Assembly (NCBI GenBank): GCA_965368975.1
Contig: CBDUPA010000019.1
Span: forward strand, 84,154-148,153
From: an uncultured bacterium
Lineage (GTDB): Bacteria; Acidobacteriota; Thermoanaerobaculia; Multivoradales; JAHZIX01
DNA: 64,000 bases
Reading direction: 5' to 3'
The notes under the pieces were generated by a model, which searched no databases, was not told where the DNA came from, and saw only the letters and a list, made by a program, of their open reading frames with translations. Shown here in pieces: positions 61,401 to 64,000 of this stretch (positions are counted from its first letter, which is position 1; each line of letters starts with the position of its first letter). A program made the position numbers and the translations under genes.

Positions 61401-64000
61401 GCTGCTCGGCGAGGCTCAGCAGCGGCAAGCGATCCAGCGGATCTTGCGGCGACGCCAAGGCGGCTTCGAGCAGAACCCGCAGGTTGCCGAGCAGGCGCCG
61501 GACGGTGACGGCGTCGAAGAGATCGCTGTCGTACTCGGCGAGCCCCTGTAGGCGGGCAGGGCCGGCCTCACGGGCCGCGGGCACTTCCTGCAAGTTGACC
61601 GTGAAGTCGAATTTGGCGGTGCCCGTGGAGGCGGTCAGCGCCTCGATCCGCAAGTCGGGCAGCTCGAAGTCGGGCACCGGCGTGTTCTGCAACGAGAACA
61701 CCGCCTGCACCAGCGGCGCGCGGCTCAGGTCTCGCCCCCCACCAGCAGCACCAGTAGCACCAGTAGCACCAGTAGCACCGACAGGACGAGCATCGGTCAG
61801 GGTCTCGACCAGGCGTTCGAAGGGTACGTCCTGGTGCGCGTAGGCGTCGAGGGTGGTTTCACGGGCACGCGCGACCAAGTGGCGCAAGCTCGGCGCCGAT
61901 CCGGCCTCGTCACGGGCTTCGTCGCCGCGCAGGTCGCCGCGCAGGATCAGCAGGTTGACGAAGAAGCCGATCAGGTCCTCGGTTTCGGCCCGATTGCGTC
62001 CCGCCACCGGACTGCCGACCAGCAACTGGCGCTGGTGGCTGATACGGCCGAGCAGCCCCTGGAAGACGGCCAGCAGCACCATGAACGGGGTCGCGGCGAG
62101 CTGCCGGCACAGCTCATCCAGGCCCTCGGGCCGAGGCCACTCGAAGGGAATCAGGCCGCCTTGGAAGCGCTGGTCGGCGCCGCGTGGACGGTCCGTGGGC
62201 AGCTCCAGCGTACGCGGCACGCTGTCCAGTGCCTGCCGCCAGTGCTCGACTTCGGCATCCAGCGCCGCACCCTGCAGCCAACCGCGCTGCCAGCGGGCAA
62301 AGTCAGTGTATTGCAGTCCCAACTCGGCCAGCTCGACCCGTTTGGGCGACTCCGCCGAGGCAGCACTGAAGTGGCGGTAGAGCGCCACCAGCTCGCGCAC
62401 CAGCACGCCGGTCGACCAGGCGTCGCCAACCACGTGGTGGAAGCCAGCGACCAGGGCGTGCTCGAGCGCGTCCAGAAGCACGAGCGTGGTGCGGAACAGT
62501 GGGCCACGACGCAAGTCGTAGGGACGCCGCGCGTCAGCGACGACCAGGCGGTCGAGTTCAGCTCGGCGGGCTGGCTCGGGCAGTCTCCCCAAATCGACCA
62601 TGGGCAGCTCGAGCATGGGCAAGGCGGTGGTTGGAGGCGCGACGCGTTGCACTGGCTCGTCGCCGTCCAGATGGAAGGTGATGCGCAGCACGTCGTGACG
62701 CCGGCGCAGCGCGGCCAGGGTGCGCGCGAAGGCGCGGCGGTCGAGCTGGCCGAGCAGACGGAAGGAGGCCGGGATGTTGTAGAGCGCGTTGCCCGGCAGC
62801 AGGCGGTCGAGGAACCACAGGCGCTGCTGCCCGAACGAGACCGGCCAGCCCTCGGCGTCCAGGCGCGCGCGCTCGGTAGTGCTCACCGGCCGCAGGGGTA
62901 GTGCGGTGCCAACCCCGGTGATACCGGCACCGTCAATGCCGGCTTCCAGCACCGACGCCAGCTGCGCCACCGTCGGCCGGTCGAAGAGCACACGTAGCGG
63001 CAACTCGCGACCGAGAGCGGCGCGCACCTTGGCGACGACGCGCGTGGCCAGCAGCGAGTGACCACCGAGGCGGAAGAAGTCGTCCCACGGCGCCACCATC
63101 TCGACACCCAGCACATCGGCGAAGATTCCGGCCAGCACCGCCTGCATCGGCGTCAGCTCAGCAGCCCCACCTCCCACGGCCTGCAGCGCCGACGCCTCGG
63201 GCGCATAGCGCGCCGCCGCCAGAGCCTTGCGGTCGACCTTGCCGTTGGGGCTCAGCGGCAGCGCGTCGAGGGCGACGTAGGCTACCGGCACCATGTACGC
63301 CGGCAGTCGTGTCTCGAGGAAGCGGTTCAGGTTGGCGGCGAGCGCGTCGTCAGTCTCGTCCTTCAGGGTCACATCTCTGAGAGCGACATATCCGACCAGC
63401 TGTTGCAGCCGACCTCCGCCCGGCGTCTCCTCCTCGCGCACCAGCACCGCGCAGTCGACGACGTCGGGATGCTGCGCCAGCGCCGACTCGATCTCGCCCA
63501 GCTCGATGCGCAGCCCGCGCAGCTTGACCTGGAAGTCGGCGCGACCGAGGAAGTCGAGATCGCCGTCGGGCAGGGCACGCACCAGGTCACCGGTGCGGTA
63601 CAGCCGCGCTCCGGCCGACGCAGTACCGCGCCCCGCATAGGGATGGGGAACGAAGCTCTGCGCCGTGCGTCCCGGACGCCGGTGATAGCCGCGCGCCAGG
63701 CCGACGCCGCCGACGTAGAGCTCACCCTTCACACCGATCGGCACCGGCTGGCCCTGCTTATCCAGCAGATGGATCTCAGTGTTGTCGAGCGCGCGGCCGA
63801 TACTGGGCAACCCGAGGCTCGCCTGCTCGGCACCCTCGCCGGGCTCCGGCTGCACCCGCACCACCGTGCAGGTCACCGAGTACTCGGCCGGACCGTAGTG
63901 GTTCATCGCCGCGAATACCGCGTCCGGGTGCGGCCGTCGACGCAGGCGGTCGGCGCCGATGATCAGCGCGCGTGCGGCCAGCTTTGGATCGACATGCCCG
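52459..64000 (-). CDS. NRPS, 5'-truncated: ...A-T-C-A-T-C-A(Glu)-T-C-A-T with an acidic C-terminal docking tail
   Basis: The frame stays open past the track's 63906 start to the window end (GHVDPKLAARALIIGADRL...). C motifs HHVVGDAWS, HHIVSDAWS and HHIVGDGWS. T motifs GGHS x3 and GAHS. Ends EELQALLAELEDLSDEEALLLSEGDDEGGES. Confidence 0.94.

Noticed and set aside
63904-63906. ATG at 63906 as the true NRPS start
   Set aside because: It falls mid A-domain (just before NHYGPAE), and the frame stays open to the window end.

Overview
High-GC bacterial DNA, almost entirely secondary-metabolite biosynthesis genes on the minus strand. Read right to left: (1) the end of a multimodular NRPS line, made of a 5'-truncated NRPS (A-T-[C-A-T]x3) translationally coupled to an 8,344-aa seven-module NRPS ending in a thioesterase; (2) a convergent FGE-sulfatase-domain gene on the plus strand; (3) a four-gene precursor operon with two paralogous transketolase C-terminal subunits, one transketolase N-terminal subunit and a DegT/DnrJ-type aminotransferase; (4) a hybrid megasynthase of more than 7,200 codons that the ORF track misses because it runs off the left edge: FAAL-ACP-C-A(Leu)-T-C-C-A(Lys2/aminoadipate-like)-T-KS-AT-ACP-C-A(Ala)-T-E-C-A. 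The most unusual system is (3)+(4). The split transketolase has two beta subunits that lack the usual sugar-binding residues, and it sits beside a lipopeptide-polyketide line with a fungal-Lys2-like adenylation domain, a tandem C-C didomain and a non-reducing PKS module. Domain boundaries are approximate. A-domain codes were read by eye against GrsA motifs, and no database searches were run.
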